From NCBI GenBank assembly GCA_049322215.1, contig JBMORU010000001.1, forward strand, positions 260,023 to 324,022: DNA of 64,000 bases, given 5' to 3'. Under the pieces are notes generated by a model. That model had not been told where the DNA came from, ran no database searches, and worked only from the letters and a program-made list of their open reading frames with translations. The DNA is from Patescibacteria group bacterium. GTDB taxonomy: Bacteria; Patescibacteriota; WWE3; UBA101185; UBA10185. The position numbers and the translations under genes were made by a program. Below, in pieces: positions 18,464 to 28,923 of this stretch. Numbering within the stretch: the stretch's first letter is position 1; every line of letters begins with the position of its first letter.

Positions 18464-18883
18464 TTAAAGGTTACGCATGCGCTGAGAAATTTCGATATCC
18501 CAAATGTCTAAAACAATGCCTCCCAAGAGCCAAAGGATTGCACGCATAAACTGAGCGTCAGTTATCGTACTTCCGTATGTGTAAATTTCTGGCGCAAGGT
18601 ACATTGCCGGAATAACGCCTAGGAAAATGCACAACATAAATACAAGGCCAATTGCTGAGAGCGCAGTGTTGCATTTATTCACCATTTCTACGTACCCATT
18701 TGCTAACGATGAAAAGGCAGCTCCTGCTCCTAACGTAAAAGCTATGCCATATAGAATAGGATCATCAATTACAGCGTTAGTGCTGTTGTAGATTATTGGG
18801 ATTAGCGAAAGAGTTAATACAATGCGCAAAAATCCCAAAACATGACGGCCTCCGTAACCGTAAACTTTGTTTAGTTCAAACAT
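18464..18883 (-). CDS. Membrane protein; unknown function
   Basis: 139-aa ORF with 3-4 TM segments; convergent with rfbB across a long palindrome. Confidence 0.5.
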   Translation of the reverse strand: MFELNKVYGYGGRHVLGFLRIVLTLSLIPIIYNSTNAVIDDPILYGIAFTLGAGAAFSSLANGYVEMVNKCNTALSAIGLVFMLCIFLGVIPAMYLAPEIYTYGSTITDAQFMRAILWLLGGIVLDIWDIEISQRMRNL

Positions 18884-18927
18884 TTGTATCTCCTTTTAGG
18901 GTGGATATTTGGTTATAGTATTATAGG

Positions 18928-19890
18928 TTATTTTGAGGGTTTGGGCAATTTTAGATTGTCGTACTCTTTGGATTTGGCTTCTGGTTCTTTACTAAAATAT
19001 TTGATTAATTCCTTATACGCTTCTTTAAGTATTGGATATTCTTTATATAGATCACTGACTTTACTATTTATGGTATTAATTTCATCAATGAATTTACCTA
19101 ACTCAAAGTCGTTTTTTTCAGTTTTTTTGACTTTCTCTAATGCGTACCTTGTTTCCGTTATTGCCATGTCTAGGTCTGTGTCTTTAAATTTTTCGCCTTT
19201 ATATACGTTTCCAATAATTCTCCACCCGTAAAGAAGGGCACTAGCGTACTCCTCGTTTTCCATCAGTATGAAGTACATATTTCTTTGACTATTTGCTCTT
19301 ATGACCTTATTTTCTTCTTCCATTATATGTAGGACACTGTTAGTTTTATCTGCTACTTCTTTTTTTGTATCATCTCTGAAATTTTCAAGCGTTTTTTTGT
19401 AAGTTTCTTCTAAAGCCAGTATTTTATTCTGAAATTTTTCTTCTTGTTTATCTAGTAAATCTTTATTTTCTTGCGTTAGATGCGCTACAGTTTTATTAAT
19501 GAGCTTTTCTGTAGCCGACTCCATATCTTTTTTTATTTCAGCAGCTTCTTTAGTTGCTGCCGCTTCCATTCTATCTTTTGCTACTAAAGCAGCGTAAATT
19601 ACGTTTAATACGGATACTACTACTGTAACTGCAGTTACAATTATGGAAAATAATACAGTTTGCTGGTTGAGAATGTCTTGAAAATTTATGATGCTCTCAG
19701 GGGTTTCTGTAGCAATTCTAATGGAAGCTTGTGTGCTTAGCTCTGCTTCTTTTTGATTAGTTATGTAGTTAACATGTGTTTCTTGGTTTGCCGCTAAATA
19801 TATATATCCGCAAAGTAGCGCAAAATTTAATAAGGTCATTATTAAAACAGTTATTATTGAAAATAAGTTTTCCTTTAGATCGTTTTTCAT
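18928..19890 (-). CDS. N-terminally membrane-anchored coiled-coil protein
   Basis: 320-aa ORF; TM then charged K/E-rich helical repeats. Confidence 0.55.
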   Translation of the reverse strand: MKNDLKENLFSIITVLIMTLLNFALLCGYIYLAANQETHVNYITNQKEAELSTQASIRIATETPESIINFQDILNQQTVLFSIIVTAVTVVVSVLNVIYAALVAKDRMEAAATKEAAEIKKDMESATEKLINKTVAHLTQENKDLLDKQEEKFQNKILALEETYKKTLENFRDDTKKEVADKTNSVLHIMEEENKVIRANSQRNMYFILMENEEYASALLYGWRIIGNVYKGEKFKDTDLDMAITETRYALEKVKKTEKNDFELGKFIDEINTINSKVSDLYKEYPILKEAYKELIKYFSKEPEAKSKEYDNLKLPKPSK

Positions 19891-19898
19891 GTGTTCTT

Positions 19899-19930
19899 CT
19901 AAAAATCCCCGCTTGCGCGGGGATTTTCCT
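19899..19930 (-). terminator. Rho-independent terminator downstream of groEL
   Basis: ATCCCCGC-TTGC-GCGGGGAT hairpin flanked by A5/T4 runs. Confidence 0.7.
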
Positions 19931-19943
19931 TCCGTGGCTTAAA

Positions 19944-21605
19944 TCACATCATTCCAGGCATACCGCCCATTCCACCCATGCCTCCTGGCATGCCTCCCAT
20001 TGCAGCACCTTCATCTTCTTTTGGTGCGTCTGCAACTAAGCATTCTGTGGTTAAAATCATTGTTGCTACAGAAACTGCATTTTGCAATGCGCTTCTTGTA
20101 ACTTTTGCTGGGTCAGTTACACCTGCTTCAATTAAGTTTCCATACTTCATGGTCATTACGTTAAAACCAATTCCATTGTCTTTCTTTTCTTTACCTAGTC
20201 TTTCGATTTCTCCTAAAACTTTACCACCGTCTTCACCTGCGTTTTCTATTATTACTCTTGCTGGTCTTTCCAAAGCTCTGTATAAAATGCTGGCTCCAAC
20301 TTTTTCTTCACCTTCAAGCTTTAGTTTTTCAATTGCAGATCTGATTCTTAGAAAAGTTACACCTCCACCGGGAACTATTCCTTCTTCTACGGCTGCTTTT
20401 GTAGCATTTACGGCGTCTTCTACACGAAGTTTCTTTTCTTTTAGCTCTGTTTCGGTTGCAGCACCTACATTTATTACAGCAACACCGCCTGTTAGTTTAG
20501 CTAATCTTTCTATTAGTTTTTCTTTATCGTAGGTTGATTCGGTGTTTTCAATTTGCTTTTGAATTTGTGCAACTCTGTCTTCAATTGCTTTTTTGCTGCC
20601 TTTTCCACCAACTATTTTAGTATCATCTTTTGTGGAAACTACTTTTTCAGCGCGTCCTAAATCCTCAATAGATACTGACTCTAGTTTTCTTCCCATATCT
20701 TCGCTAATTACGTTTCCGCCTGTTAATGCTGCTAAGTCTTCAAGCATTGCTTTTCTTCTGTCACCAAAACCTGGAGCTTTTACTGCTAAGGCGTTAAAAG
20801 TTCCCCTTAGTTTGTTTAGTGCTAAAGTTGCTAATGCTTCACCTTCAATATCTTCTGCAATAATTACCAAGTTTTTAGAAACTTTCATTAAGTTTTCTAG
20901 CATTGGTAATAATTCTTGAATGTTTGTTACTTTCGAATCGGTTAGAAGAATATAAGCATCTTCTACTTCAGCTTCCATTTTGTCGGGGTTTGTTACAAAG
21001 TAAGGTGATGTATAACCTTTATCAAATTGCATACCTGATTCGTACTTTAATTCCATTCCAAAACCTTTTGATTCTTGAATATCAATTACGCCGTTATCTC
21101 CAACTTTTTCCATAGCTTCTGCAATTAAATTGCCCATTTCTTCGTTTTGTGCAGATATTGTTGCAACTTGCGCTTTTTCGGCTTTGGTTGTAATTGGTTT
21201 AGCAATTTTTCCAATTTCTTCTACAGCTGCTTCGGCTGCTTTTTCTAAACCTTTTCTAAGTATCATAGGGTTTGCCCCAGCTGACACGTTTTTTAACCCT
21301 TCTTCGACTAATGTTTGAGCGAGTAGGGTAGAAGTAGTAGTACCGTCTCCGGCTACGTCGTTTGTTTTTTCAGACGCTTGTTTTACTAGTTGAGCACCCA
21401 TGTTTTCGAATTTATCTTCAAGTTCTATTTCTTTTGCAACAGTAACACCGTCGTGTACTACCTGTGGGGCTCCCCAGCTTTTATCTAGAGCCACGTTTCG
21501 ACCTTTTGGTCCTAAGGTTGTTACAACTGCGTTTGCAAGTGCATCTACACCTGACTTGAGTTTTTTTCTGGCTTCATCGCCATATATTATTTTCTTTGCT
21601 GCCAT
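19944..21605 (-). CDS. groL: Chaperonin GroEL (60 kDa)
   Basis: Full-length GroEL sequence including the C-terminal GGM repeat tail. Confidence 0.97.
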   Translation of the reverse strand: MAAKKIIYGDEARKKLKSGVDALANAVVTTLGPKGRNVALDKSWGAPQVVHDGVTVAKEIELEDKFENMGAQLVKQASEKTNDVAGDGTTTSTLLAQTLVEEGLKNVSAGANPMILRKGLEKAAEAAVEEIGKIAKPITTKAEKAQVATISAQNEEMGNLIAEAMEKVGDNGVIDIQESKGFGMELKYESGMQFDKGYTSPYFVTNPDKMEAEVEDAYILLTDSKVTNIQELLPMLENLMKVSKNLVIIAEDIEGEALATLALNKLRGTFNALAVKAPGFGDRRKAMLEDLAALTGGNVISEDMGRKLESVSIEDLGRAEKVVSTKDDTKIVGGKGSKKAIEDRVAQIQKQIENTESTYDKEKLIERLAKLTGGVAVINVGAATETELKEKKLRVEDAVNATKAAVEEGIVPGGGVTFLRIRSAIEKLKLEGEEKVGASILYRALERPARVIIENAGEDGGKVLGEIERLGKEKKDNGIGFNVMTMKYGNLIEAGVTDPAKVTRSALQNAVSVATMILTTECLVADAPKEDEGAAMGGMPGGMGGMGGMPGMM

Positions 21606-21626
21606 TTAATAACCCTTTCTAATTAA

Positions 21627-21929
21627 TTAAGCTTCAACAATGGCAAGTACATCTTCTTCTTTTACTAGTAGATGTTCTTTACCATCAATTTTAATTTCTG
21701 TTCCACCCCATTTTTTGTACATGACTATGTCACCTACTTTAACTTCTAGGGGAATGTTTTTTCCGTTGTCGTCTCTTTTACCGGGACCAACGGCTATTAC
21801 TTTTCCTTCTTGTGGTTTTTCTTTAGCAGTGTCTGGGAGAACTATTCCCGATGGAAGTGTAGTTTCCCTTTCTAGTGGTTCAATTAAGAGATTATCGAAC
21901 AAAGGCTTTATCTTTGAGCTTTTTGCCAT
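21627..21929 (-). CDS. groS: Co-chaperonin GroES (10 kDa)
   Basis: 100-aa GroES sequence immediately upstream of groEL. Confidence 0.95.
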   Translation of the reverse strand: MAKSSKIKPLFDNLLIEPLERETTLPSGIVLPDTAKEKPQEGKVIAVGPGKRDDNGKNIPLEVKVGDIVMYKKWGGTEIKIDGKEHLLVKEEDVLAIVEA

Positions 21930-22026
21930 TTTTATCCTCCAAATAAATAAATTTTAGATTTAAAATAATACGCAAGATATTAGATATATTGTAATTATTT
22001 AGTAAAACATCTCTTGCAGGTGAATT

Positions 22027-22055
22027 TATAGCACTCTAATACCGAGAGTGTCAAG
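22027..22055. promoter_or_regulatory. CIRCE-like HrcA operator upstream of groES
   Basis: TAGCACTC-N9-GAGTGTCAA compared with the consensus TTAGCACTC-N9-GAGTGCTAA; ~100 bp upstream of the groES start. Confidence 0.7.
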
Positions 22056-22100
22056 TTTAGATGCAAGTTGTGATTTCTAGTAAAAATAGTATTTAGGAGA

Positions 22101-22150
22101 ATAAAAAAAGGGTCTAAATAAATACTGTGTTTTAGCACTTATTTAGACCT
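22101..22150 (-). terminator. Rho-independent terminator downstream of ORF 22160..22588
   Basis: GGTCTAAATA...TATTTAGACC 10-bp stem followed by a T7 run on the minus strand. Confidence 0.6.
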
Positions 22151-22159
22151 TAAAGCCTG

Positions 22160-22588
22160 TTACTTTTTACCGTTTTTGTTGTTGCCGTTAGATTTCATTG
22201 CCCTTAGCATAATGATAATGGTGAGGGGTTCTTCAAACAACATTTGTCTTAAAATACGCTTTATGATTTGATCTAAAAGCGTTACTGCAATAAAATGAGG
22301 CGCACGTCCCTTTTCAATTTCTTCTGTAAAGGAATTTGCAGGCATGGTGTTTTCCGGCAGGTTTGCGATCATTTTATTTTGCTGTGTACACCAAACTTGT
22401 ACCCCAAGCTTAAACTCGTTACCTTTTGCGTTTTTTTCGACAACGTCCAGTAACATTGCTGCCATTTTTAAAACTGTATTGCTGTTATCTGTTTCTGGTG
22501 CAATAACAATTTCAAATTTGTAAGGGTGTTCGTTAATCATAAAAGTGATTTCGTGAACGTGCCTTTCTTCAGAATTTTTTTTAGGCAT
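22160..22588 (-). CDS. Hypothetical protein
   Basis: 142-aa ORF with its own terminator; no recognizable motif. Confidence 0.5.
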   Translation of the reverse strand: MPKKNSEERHVHEITFMINEHPYKFEIVIAPETDNSNTVLKMAAMLLDVVEKNAKGNEFKLGVQVWCTQQNKMIANLPENTMPANSFTEEIEKGRAPHFIAVTLLDQIIKRILRQMLFEEPLTIIIMLRAMKSNGNNKNGKK

Positions 22589-22716
22589 AGTAAGTCTCCT
22601 TGATTTGTGAATTAGTTGAGCAATTGTACTATGGGGTCTTAATCTTTACAACCATAACTATTATAGGGTATATTTCTTGCGCTTACATAATAAATATAAA
22701 AAGGAGAGTCTATTAA

Positions 22717-23340
22717 ATGGACAAAGAAAAGAGTAAAAAGCGTAGTACGTTGTATAAAGCCTTTGGGTTGGTGCTGCTGCTTGGTTTTGTTTTAAACTTT
22801 TTTATAGTTGGTTTCACAAAACCTGGGGAAATAGCGCTGCAGTATGATTTTTCAATTGAGTACGATGCTGCTTTAGCCGAGGACTTGCACGGTATTTCGT
22901 ATCCAAATTTTTCAGGAGATATGGGCACTATTCAAGATAATGCATTAGCGTACGAGGAGTCTGACACTTTTGCTGCATACAATGAAACACGTGTACTAGT
23001 TGAAGAACCCACTTGTGAAGCTGATGTTTGGTTGATTGAGTGTGATATGTGGGTGTTAAAAGAAGCAGATAATTTAACTCCTGCTATCTATTACATCTAT
23101 GGAAATTCTTATGTAGGTAAAATAGATGGTGTGAGTATTGGAGCCTATCGGTTAGATAAAACTTCTCTCCATTTTGAAGGATCTATTTTAAAGGGTACAT
23201 ACCAATACCATAAGTTAGAGCACATCGCTGCAATAGTTTGGGTATGGGTTTTTTCTGCCCTATTAGTGTTTTTACTTAGGTGGTTTTACCAAATTACTTT
23301 TGGTTCAGTAAATCCAAATTTCGGTCCGGACATGCTTTAA
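22717..23340 (+). CDS. Hypothetical protein with N-terminal and C-terminal TM segments
   Basis: 207-aa ORF; AAAGGAG RBS upstream. Confidence 0.5.
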   Translation: MDKEKSKKRSTLYKAFGLVLLLGFVLNFFIVGFTKPGEIALQYDFSIEYDAALAEDLHGISYPNFSGDMGTIQDNALAYEESDTFAAYNETRVLVEEPTCEADVWLIECDMWVLKEADNLTPAIYYIYGNSYVGKIDGVSIGAYRLDKTSLHFEGSILKGTYQYHKLEHIAAIVWVWVFSALLVFLLRWFYQITFGSVNPNFGPDML

Positions 23341-23409
23341 ACTTTGTTTGCCTGGTTTTTGTAGCTGCTCTATAAAAATCAGGCTTTTGTTTTTGTTAGA
23401 CTTTATTAC

Positions 23410-23484
<75 letters not shown>

Positions 23485-23582
23485 ATGTAACTGGAATAAT
23501 AACACACTAACGGTGCAAATTTCCTAATAATTATGTTGCTATTTTAACACCTGCATGTTAACTTAGATTTAGTTTAGACCCT

Positions 23583-24815
23583 ATGCCAATGACCACAATT
23601 GCACCACAAGTTAATAAAAAATCTAATCTAACTAGTTACCTTATATATGTAGTGACTGCAATTGGTATAGTCTTGCTGATATTTTTTGGAAGTAAATTAA
23701 TTTCGAATTTTAATAAAATAACAGGTAAAGCAGCTCTTATGGCAGAAGTTTATAACGGTGATGCCAAAGTTTATTTAGATGATACTTACTTGGCAGACAC
23801 TCCTTTTGATTCTTCTGCGCAAGAAGATACTGTAGAAATAAAACCCGGAGAACATAAAGTTTCAGTACGAAACGATACAAGAAATTATGATGTTACCTTA
23901 AACTTTTTGCCGAGCACGCAAGTTGTACTTAATAGAGATCTGGGCGTATCAGATGTGTTTTCTTCTGGACAAAACTTTTGGATAGAAGAGGCCGACTCAG
24001 GCACCGTTTTAAGTGTAATTGCAGAACCCAACACTGCTGCTGTTTATATAGACAGTACTCGTGTAGGAAACGCGCCTTATTCATCAAGCGATTTAACCGA
24101 TGGTGAATACGATTTGCGTGTAGAGGCCCCCGGTTATGAATCTCAAACGGCACGTATAAAAGTACAAAAGGGTTACAAACTAAATGTAGCTATTAAGTTG
24201 TTCCCACTTCCTGTTCCAACAAAAGTAGAGTTATTACCTGACTCTGAAAGTTTATACAATGTGGCTGTTAATGATAATGTTGTTACTGCTGATGTAAACT
24301 CTTGGGTGAAAGCTGTAGTTTATTGGAATAAAACAAGGGGTATAAACTTAGCAGGATCGGGGCTTAATCAGGATTTGGTTTTTGATTACTTCTTAACTTA
24401 TGATGGAAGCATTTACGATAAAAATGGTAATAAGCTAGATGATTTAAGTAAGCCTGATTTATTGGTGGCTACCGAAAAAGGTGCCTATTTGGGAAGAATC
24501 TCAGATGGAACAGGTTTAAGCGAGCCCGCTAAGAGCACGCTAGAAACTTTAGGTGGCGCTTTGTCAGGTTCTACACGTGTAGAAGTATTACAAACAGGTG
24601 TTGGCTGGTTACGTGTGCGTGGTGCTCCAGGTTTAGGCGGTGTGGAAGTAACAAAAGTAAACGTTGGTGAAGTTTACGAGGTGCTTGAAGTTCAAAATGA
24701 TTGGACCAAAATTAAAGTATCTGATTTGATTGAAGGTTGGGTTTCTTCTCAATACGTTAAGGAAGTCACAGAAGAGCCCGAAGTAGCAGACCCAGCTGAA
24801 GCCGTAACGGAATAG
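23583..24815 (+). CDS. Membrane-anchored protein with PEGA-like and bacterial SH3-like domains
   Basis: N-terminal TM; PEGA-like stretch (VYIDSTRVGNAPY..GEYDLRVEAPGYES); C-terminal SH3b-like (GWLRVR..VYEVLEVQNDWTKI). Confidence 0.6.
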   Translation: MPMTTIAPQVNKKSNLTSYLIYVVTAIGIVLLIFFGSKLISNFNKITGKAALMAEVYNGDAKVYLDDTYLADTPFDSSAQEDTVEIKPGEHKVSVRNDTRNYDVTLNFLPSTQVVLNRDLGVSDVFSSGQNFWIEEADSGTVLSVIAEPNTAAVYIDSTRVGNAPYSSSDLTDGEYDLRVEAPGYESQTARIKVQKGYKLNVAIKLFPLPVPTKVELLPDSESLYNVAVNDNVVTADVNSWVKAVVYWNKTRGINLAGSGLNQDLVFDYFLTYDGSIYDKNGNKLDDLSKPDLLVATEKGAYLGRISDGTGLSEPAKSTLETLGGALSGSTRVEVLQTGVGWLRVRGAPGLGGVEVTKVNVGEVYEVLEVQNDWTKIKVSDLIEGWVSSQYVKEVTEEPEVADPAEAVTE

Positions 24816-24825
24816 CTAATGTCCT

Positions 24826-25410
24826 TTATCTGATATCCTCGTGCCATTCCAGTAAATCTGGTCTTAACGCTTTTATATCTTCTTTAGTTTTTTCAAATTT
24901 TTCATATTGAAAGAGCTTTTTGTAATATTTTGCTAACAACACCTTTACTCCAACATCTTGTGGTGCATAGTTTTCTGCATAAGCATAATATTCGTTTACT
25001 TTAGTTAAATTATCGGCGTCTAAGTTGTTTATAGAAGCTTCTTTAGCTAAATCTTTTACACCTACAAAATAGTATATAGGTACGTTATTCCTTATTGTAG
25101 CTAAATTTTTGTCGTTGAGTTTTATTGCTGTTTCTAATTTATTCACTGCCGTTTGTTTTAGTTCATCTTTATTGGTTTCCTCTACAGTTTTAGCAAGTAA
25201 TGCCTTTGCTTCTGCCTGATAGTAACGTGGCTCATTTTTGTTTAATTTTTGTGCGTTTTGAGCCTCTTCAATTGATTTATCAATATAGCCTTTGGTAAGT
25301 AATTCTTTTGACGTAACATATGCCCTATCTGCGTTGTATATGTTTACAAACTTATATATAAAGAATACATATGCTAATGTAATTCCTAGAATTGTCATTT
25401 GTTTTAGCAT
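24826..25410 (-). CDS. Membrane-anchored helical (TPR-like) protein
   Basis: 194-aa ORF; N-terminal TM then an alpha-helical repeat-like region. Confidence 0.5.
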   Translation of the reverse strand: MLKQMTILGITLAYVFFIYKFVNIYNADRAYVTSKELLTKGYIDKSIEEAQNAQKLNKNEPRYYQAEAKALLAKTVEETNKDELKQTAVNKLETAIKLNDKNLATIRNNVPIYYFVGVKDLAKEASINNLDADNLTKVNEYYAYAENYAPQDVGVKVLLAKYYKKLFQYEKFEKTKEDIKALRPDLLEWHEDIR

Positions 25411-25428
25411 TTTTCTATATTATCAAAT

Positions 25429-25809
25429 ATGTCTAAATTTAAGGATAAAGTAATTGAGGTAGTAAAAATCATTCCATATGGGTATGTGGTTAGTTATGGG
25501 CAAGTAGCGTTAATGTGTGGAGTTCCTAGGGCAGCACGTCAGGTTGGGTGGATTTTAAATGGCTTGGAAGGAGAAATTCAACTTCCTTGGTGGAGAGTTG
25601 TTAACAATCAAGGAAGAGTAAGTATAAAAGGTTCTAAATATTCGGCACTAGATCAGAAAATGCTTTTAGAAAAGGAAGGCATAAATATTAGTAATGACTT
25701 AACTTTTGATATAGAAAAGCATCGCTTTAGGCCTTCTGTAGATGTCTTAAAAAAATTCGAACTAGATGATGATTACATTTCAATTCTTTTAGAAAAGTAT
25801 TTGTATTAA
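25429..25809 (+). CDS. Alkyltransferase-like (ATL) protein / MGMT-family DNA-binding domain lacking the active-site Cys
   Basis: YGYVVSYGQVALMCGVPRAARQVG and PWWRVV in place of the PCHRV motif. Confidence 0.8.
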   Translation: MSKFKDKVIEVVKIIPYGYVVSYGQVALMCGVPRAARQVGWILNGLEGEIQLPWWRVVNNQGRVSIKGSKYSALDQKMLLEKEGINISNDLTFDIEKHRFRPSVDVLKKFELDDDYISILLEKYLY

Positions 25810-25811
25810 TT

Positions 25812-27128
25812 TTAAGTATGTTTTTCTAAATTTAAGGGTTCCCAAAAGCTAAGGTAAAACCAAAATATAAGAGCAGTAGCCACTGTTGGCCAACCAAAAA
25901 TATTTGTAACGAAAAAGGCTACTAGTGGTCCTGTTAACATTTTATTTGGTTTTTTAAAAACTCTGTTAATAAAAAATAAGTATGACGTCAAACCAAAAAT
26001 TCCCAAATTTGACCAAAGTTCTAAGTAGTAATTGTGAGGTTTATTAAAAATAAAATTCCATTCTGAAGAGTAGTTTAGTTGAGTGGGTCTAAATTTTTGA
26101 AATTCGTACGGAAATGTTTCAGGACCTGTACCAATTAAAACATTTTTTGAAGAGCTTGTGATTAAATCGAGTGTTCCTTGCCATAAAGCTTTTCTAATAC
26201 TACCTGTGTCAGAAATTTCATATTCACTTTGCGCATATACGCTTTCAACATAGCTTAACTTTCTTAATTCTGTGTATATATCATTTATTTTGCTGCTAAA
26301 AATACCGGGATTGGTTATAGATATAAAACTACATATAATTAATATTGCTAATATTTTTTTGTAACCCTTAATAACCTTATTTATATTAAGTGCTGCTGTA
26401 ATCGTTGTGCCTATTAGTAATCCAATAATTCCTGATATTGAATAAGTAAACCATAAGGCAGAAAAGTTTAATAATGCAATTGCTATCCATAAAGTACTTT
26501 TTTTAGTGGAATCTATTAAAACAAAGTAAAGCGAAATTAATAGCTGCATTGCTAAATAGGCAGCTAGCCAATTAGGCTGTCCAAAAGTAGAAAATACTCT
26601 GGTAGTTTCGTTCGTTTCCCATAAAATAGCTATAAAGGAAAAATGCTGTGTAATTGCATATATGCTTACAGGTACAGAAGAAAATAAAATGGTTTCCGTT
26701 AATTTTAATTTATCTGCTTTTGTAAGCGTATTTATCGCCACTATATATATTCCGTACAGTATTATTACTGAAACTAAGCCTCCATTAAACCTAGTATAGT
26801 AACCCCAAACAGATGTGTACACGTGCGTACTAAACATTGTTGAAAGCAAATAAGTTAGTACAAAAATTAATGCCCAAATAGACCCTAATTTTGGTAGCTT
26901 TTTCTCTATTATTACTTTAAGCATGAATAGCCAAATTAACGTTGTTCCTACAATGTATAAAAATATGGTTTTAGGAAACTCAAACAATTCATTTGTATTT
27001 GTAACAAAAATAAGAGGTGTAAAAAACAACAAAAACCCAAAGATACCTTTATTTATTTGCTTATATTCTGGCAGTGTAATTGACAGTGTTTTAAGCCTAG
27101 CTGTATTATCATAGTTAGATCTGTCCAT
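25812..27128 (-). CDS. Polytopic membrane protein, possibly O-antigen ligase/polymerase-like
   Basis: 438 aa with at least 10 TM segments and one large periplasmic loop; family assignment uncertain. Confidence 0.45.
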   Translation of the reverse strand: MDRSNYDNTARLKTLSITLPEYKQINKGIFGFLLFFTPLIFVTNTNELFEFPKTIFLYIVGTTLIWLFMLKVIIEKKLPKLGSIWALIFVLTYLLSTMFSTHVYTSVWGYYTRFNGGLVSVIILYGIYIVAINTLTKADKLKLTETILFSSVPVSIYAITQHFSFIAILWETNETTRVFSTFGQPNWLAAYLAMQLLISLYFVLIDSTKKSTLWIAIALLNFSALWFTYSISGIIGLLIGTTITAALNINKVIKGYKKILAILIICSFISITNPGIFSSKINDIYTELRKLSYVESVYAQSEYEISDTGSIRKALWQGTLDLITSSSKNVLIGTGPETFPYEFQKFRPTQLNYSSEWNFIFNKPHNYYLELWSNLGIFGLTSYLFFINRVFKKPNKMLTGPLVAFFVTNIFGWPTVATALIFWFYLSFWEPLNLEKHT

Positions 27129-27707
27129 ATGTTTTCTAAAATTTTGATAAAACTAGTTGATGAAGCAATAGTACCTGCCTTACTCCTTATAGTTACACGG
27201 GTGGTGTCTATTGTATTCTTTGCAAGCTATCTACACATTGATTATGAACTAGGTCCTGCCGGCTTTACATATACAAATGTAGAAGATTACATAGCTATAA
27301 ATTCTTATTCCATTCTCTCAATGGTATTAGTTTTATCTTTGGGAGTATTATACATCTTATTAAAGTCTTATTTATTTCACGACACTCACATAACGCCTGT
27401 TTTAACGGCTAAACTATTTTCATTACGTTTATCCTCATTTATTCAAACATCTTTTGATTTATATTCACAAGGTACTGTCTGGTTATCCTATTCTTACTTA
27501 TTGTTAATGGTTTCTGCCATTATGACTTTCTTCGGATTTATTTATACTTGGGTATTTTTAACCGCGTTAGTTTTTTGTGTAATTTCCACCTACTTTTTTG
27601 TTTTAGATGTAGAAGATGAAGTTTTTCAAGAGCCTTCAGATAAGTCTAAAATGCCCATGGAAGAAGTAATTTTAAATTTAGAAGGTATAGATGAAGGATT
27701 CAAATAA
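27129..27707 (+). CDS. Membrane protein; unknown function
   Basis: 192-aa ORF with 4-5 TM segments. Confidence 0.45.
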   Translation: MFSKILIKLVDEAIVPALLLIVTRVVSIVFFASYLHIDYELGPAGFTYTNVEDYIAINSYSILSMVLVLSLGVLYILLKSYLFHDTHITPVLTAKLFSLRLSSFIQTSFDLYSQGTVWLSYSYLLLMVSAIMTFFGFIYTWVFLTALVFCVISTYFFVLDVEDEVFQEPSDKSKMPMEEVILNLEGIDEGFK

Positions 27708-27912
27708 GCAGTTACATCACATTTTAATAGATATAAGTTTAATGGTGTTACTGTTTGGTTTATTTGCTTTACCTTTAACCTCTTTTGGCTTAACTACTTA
27801 TAAACAAAATTCTTTAGCACCTTCAGGGGCTGTATTATCAGATCAAGACTATATTTATAACGGTGTAGAAGAGAGTACTGAAGCTACTAGCTCTACTTTA
27901 ATTTATAGATAA
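27691..27912 (+). CDS. Small membrane protein
   Basis: 73-aa ORF with one TM. Confidence 0.3.
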   Translation: MKDSNKQLHHILIDISLMVLLFGLFALPLTSFGLTTYKQNSLAPSGAVLSDQDYIYNGVEESTEATSSTLIYR

Positions 27913-27923
27913 AAATTTAGCCT

Positions 27924-28862
27924 TTAAGAAACTACCGGAAATAAATAGGTTATTCCTAAAATAGAAATTCCCCAAAGTATAACTGTTGCTAACAAGGGCT
28001 TATCTGAAAGTAACACTCGGGCAGGTGATTCACCTTCCTTTTTTTCGTAAATAACATATAGGTAACGGGCGACCCCATAAATAACCATAGGAATTGTAAG
28101 CATCATCCACTTTGGATTACTTAAAATGGACGGTAAGAAGTTTGCAAGTACAGGGCTTACTGCTTGTGGTGATACTTGAAATGTAAATAAGGCGTACGTA
28201 ATTATACAAAAGCTGGAGGAAGTAGATATCATACTATCAAGTAAGCTATCAGGATAATGTCTAAGCGTTTTTCTTGTTTTGTGTTCTTTCTCATTTTCGT
28301 ATTTTGACAAAAGAGTTTTTTCTGATCTCCTTTTACCAAAAGCCAAAAGTAGTGAAAGACCAATAGTTGCTAATATTAACCAGGAAGATATTGATATAGA
28401 AACGGCTAAACCGCCTGCAAATACTCTAACAACAAACCCGGTAGCAACAGTTAATGCATCTAAAATTATGACGTTTCTCAAAAATAAGCTGTATAAAAGC
28501 TGTAAAATTATGTATCCAATTGCTGCAATGCTAAAAAAAGTTCCTATAAAGTTTACAGAATAAAATATACCTACAAACATAGAGCCAAGCGCAAGTACCC
28601 ATGCTAAATTTTCTGAAACTTTACCTGAAGCTATTGGTCTATTTTTTTTCACTGGGTGTAATCTGTCTTTTGGAGCATCTACTATATCGTTAATTAAATA
28701 TATAGAAGCTGCAATAAAACAAAAGGCTATAAAGGCTTTTAAACTTAACAAAAAAATACCCGGGTTAAAGAAGTTTCCAAAAAAAACGGGTGCTGCGAAA
28801 ACGCTTACATTTTTAAGCCATTGTCTAGGTCTTACAGACCTGATTATATGGTAAAGTAGCAC
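27924..28862 (-). CDS. UbiA-family prenyltransferase (decaprenyl-phosphate phosphoribosyltransferase-like)
   Basis: NDIVDAPKD (NDxxDxxxD) motif; ~8 TM segments. Confidence 0.8.
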   Translation of the reverse strand: MLLYHIIRSVRPRQWLKNVSVFAAPVFFGNFFNPGIFLLSLKAFIAFCFIAASIYLINDIVDAPKDRLHPVKKNRPIASGKVSENLAWVLALGSMFVGIFYSVNFIGTFFSIAAIGYIILQLLYSLFLRNVIILDALTVATGFVVRVFAGGLAVSISISSWLILATIGLSLLLAFGKRRSEKTLLSKYENEKEHKTRKTLRHYPDSLLDSMISTSSSFCIITYALFTFQVSPQAVSPVLANFLPSILSNPKWMMLTIPMVIYGVARYLYVIYEKKEGESPARVLLSDKPLLATVILWGISILGITYLFPVVS

Positions 28863-28923
28863 AAGTGAATAATAGTGTGTTTATGCTATTATTTCAAGCC
28901 TAACTTATATTTAGCGTTTAAGT

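Noticed and set aside
19978-21609. Plus-strand ORFs (184, 108, 70, 62, 69 aa) across groEL
   Set aside because: Antisense to an unambiguous full-length GroEL; Ala/Ser/Pro-rich composition is typical of shadow ORFs
22713-22928. 71-aa minus-strand ORF
   Set aside because: Overlaps the better-supported plus-strand ORF 22717..23340, which has a good RBS
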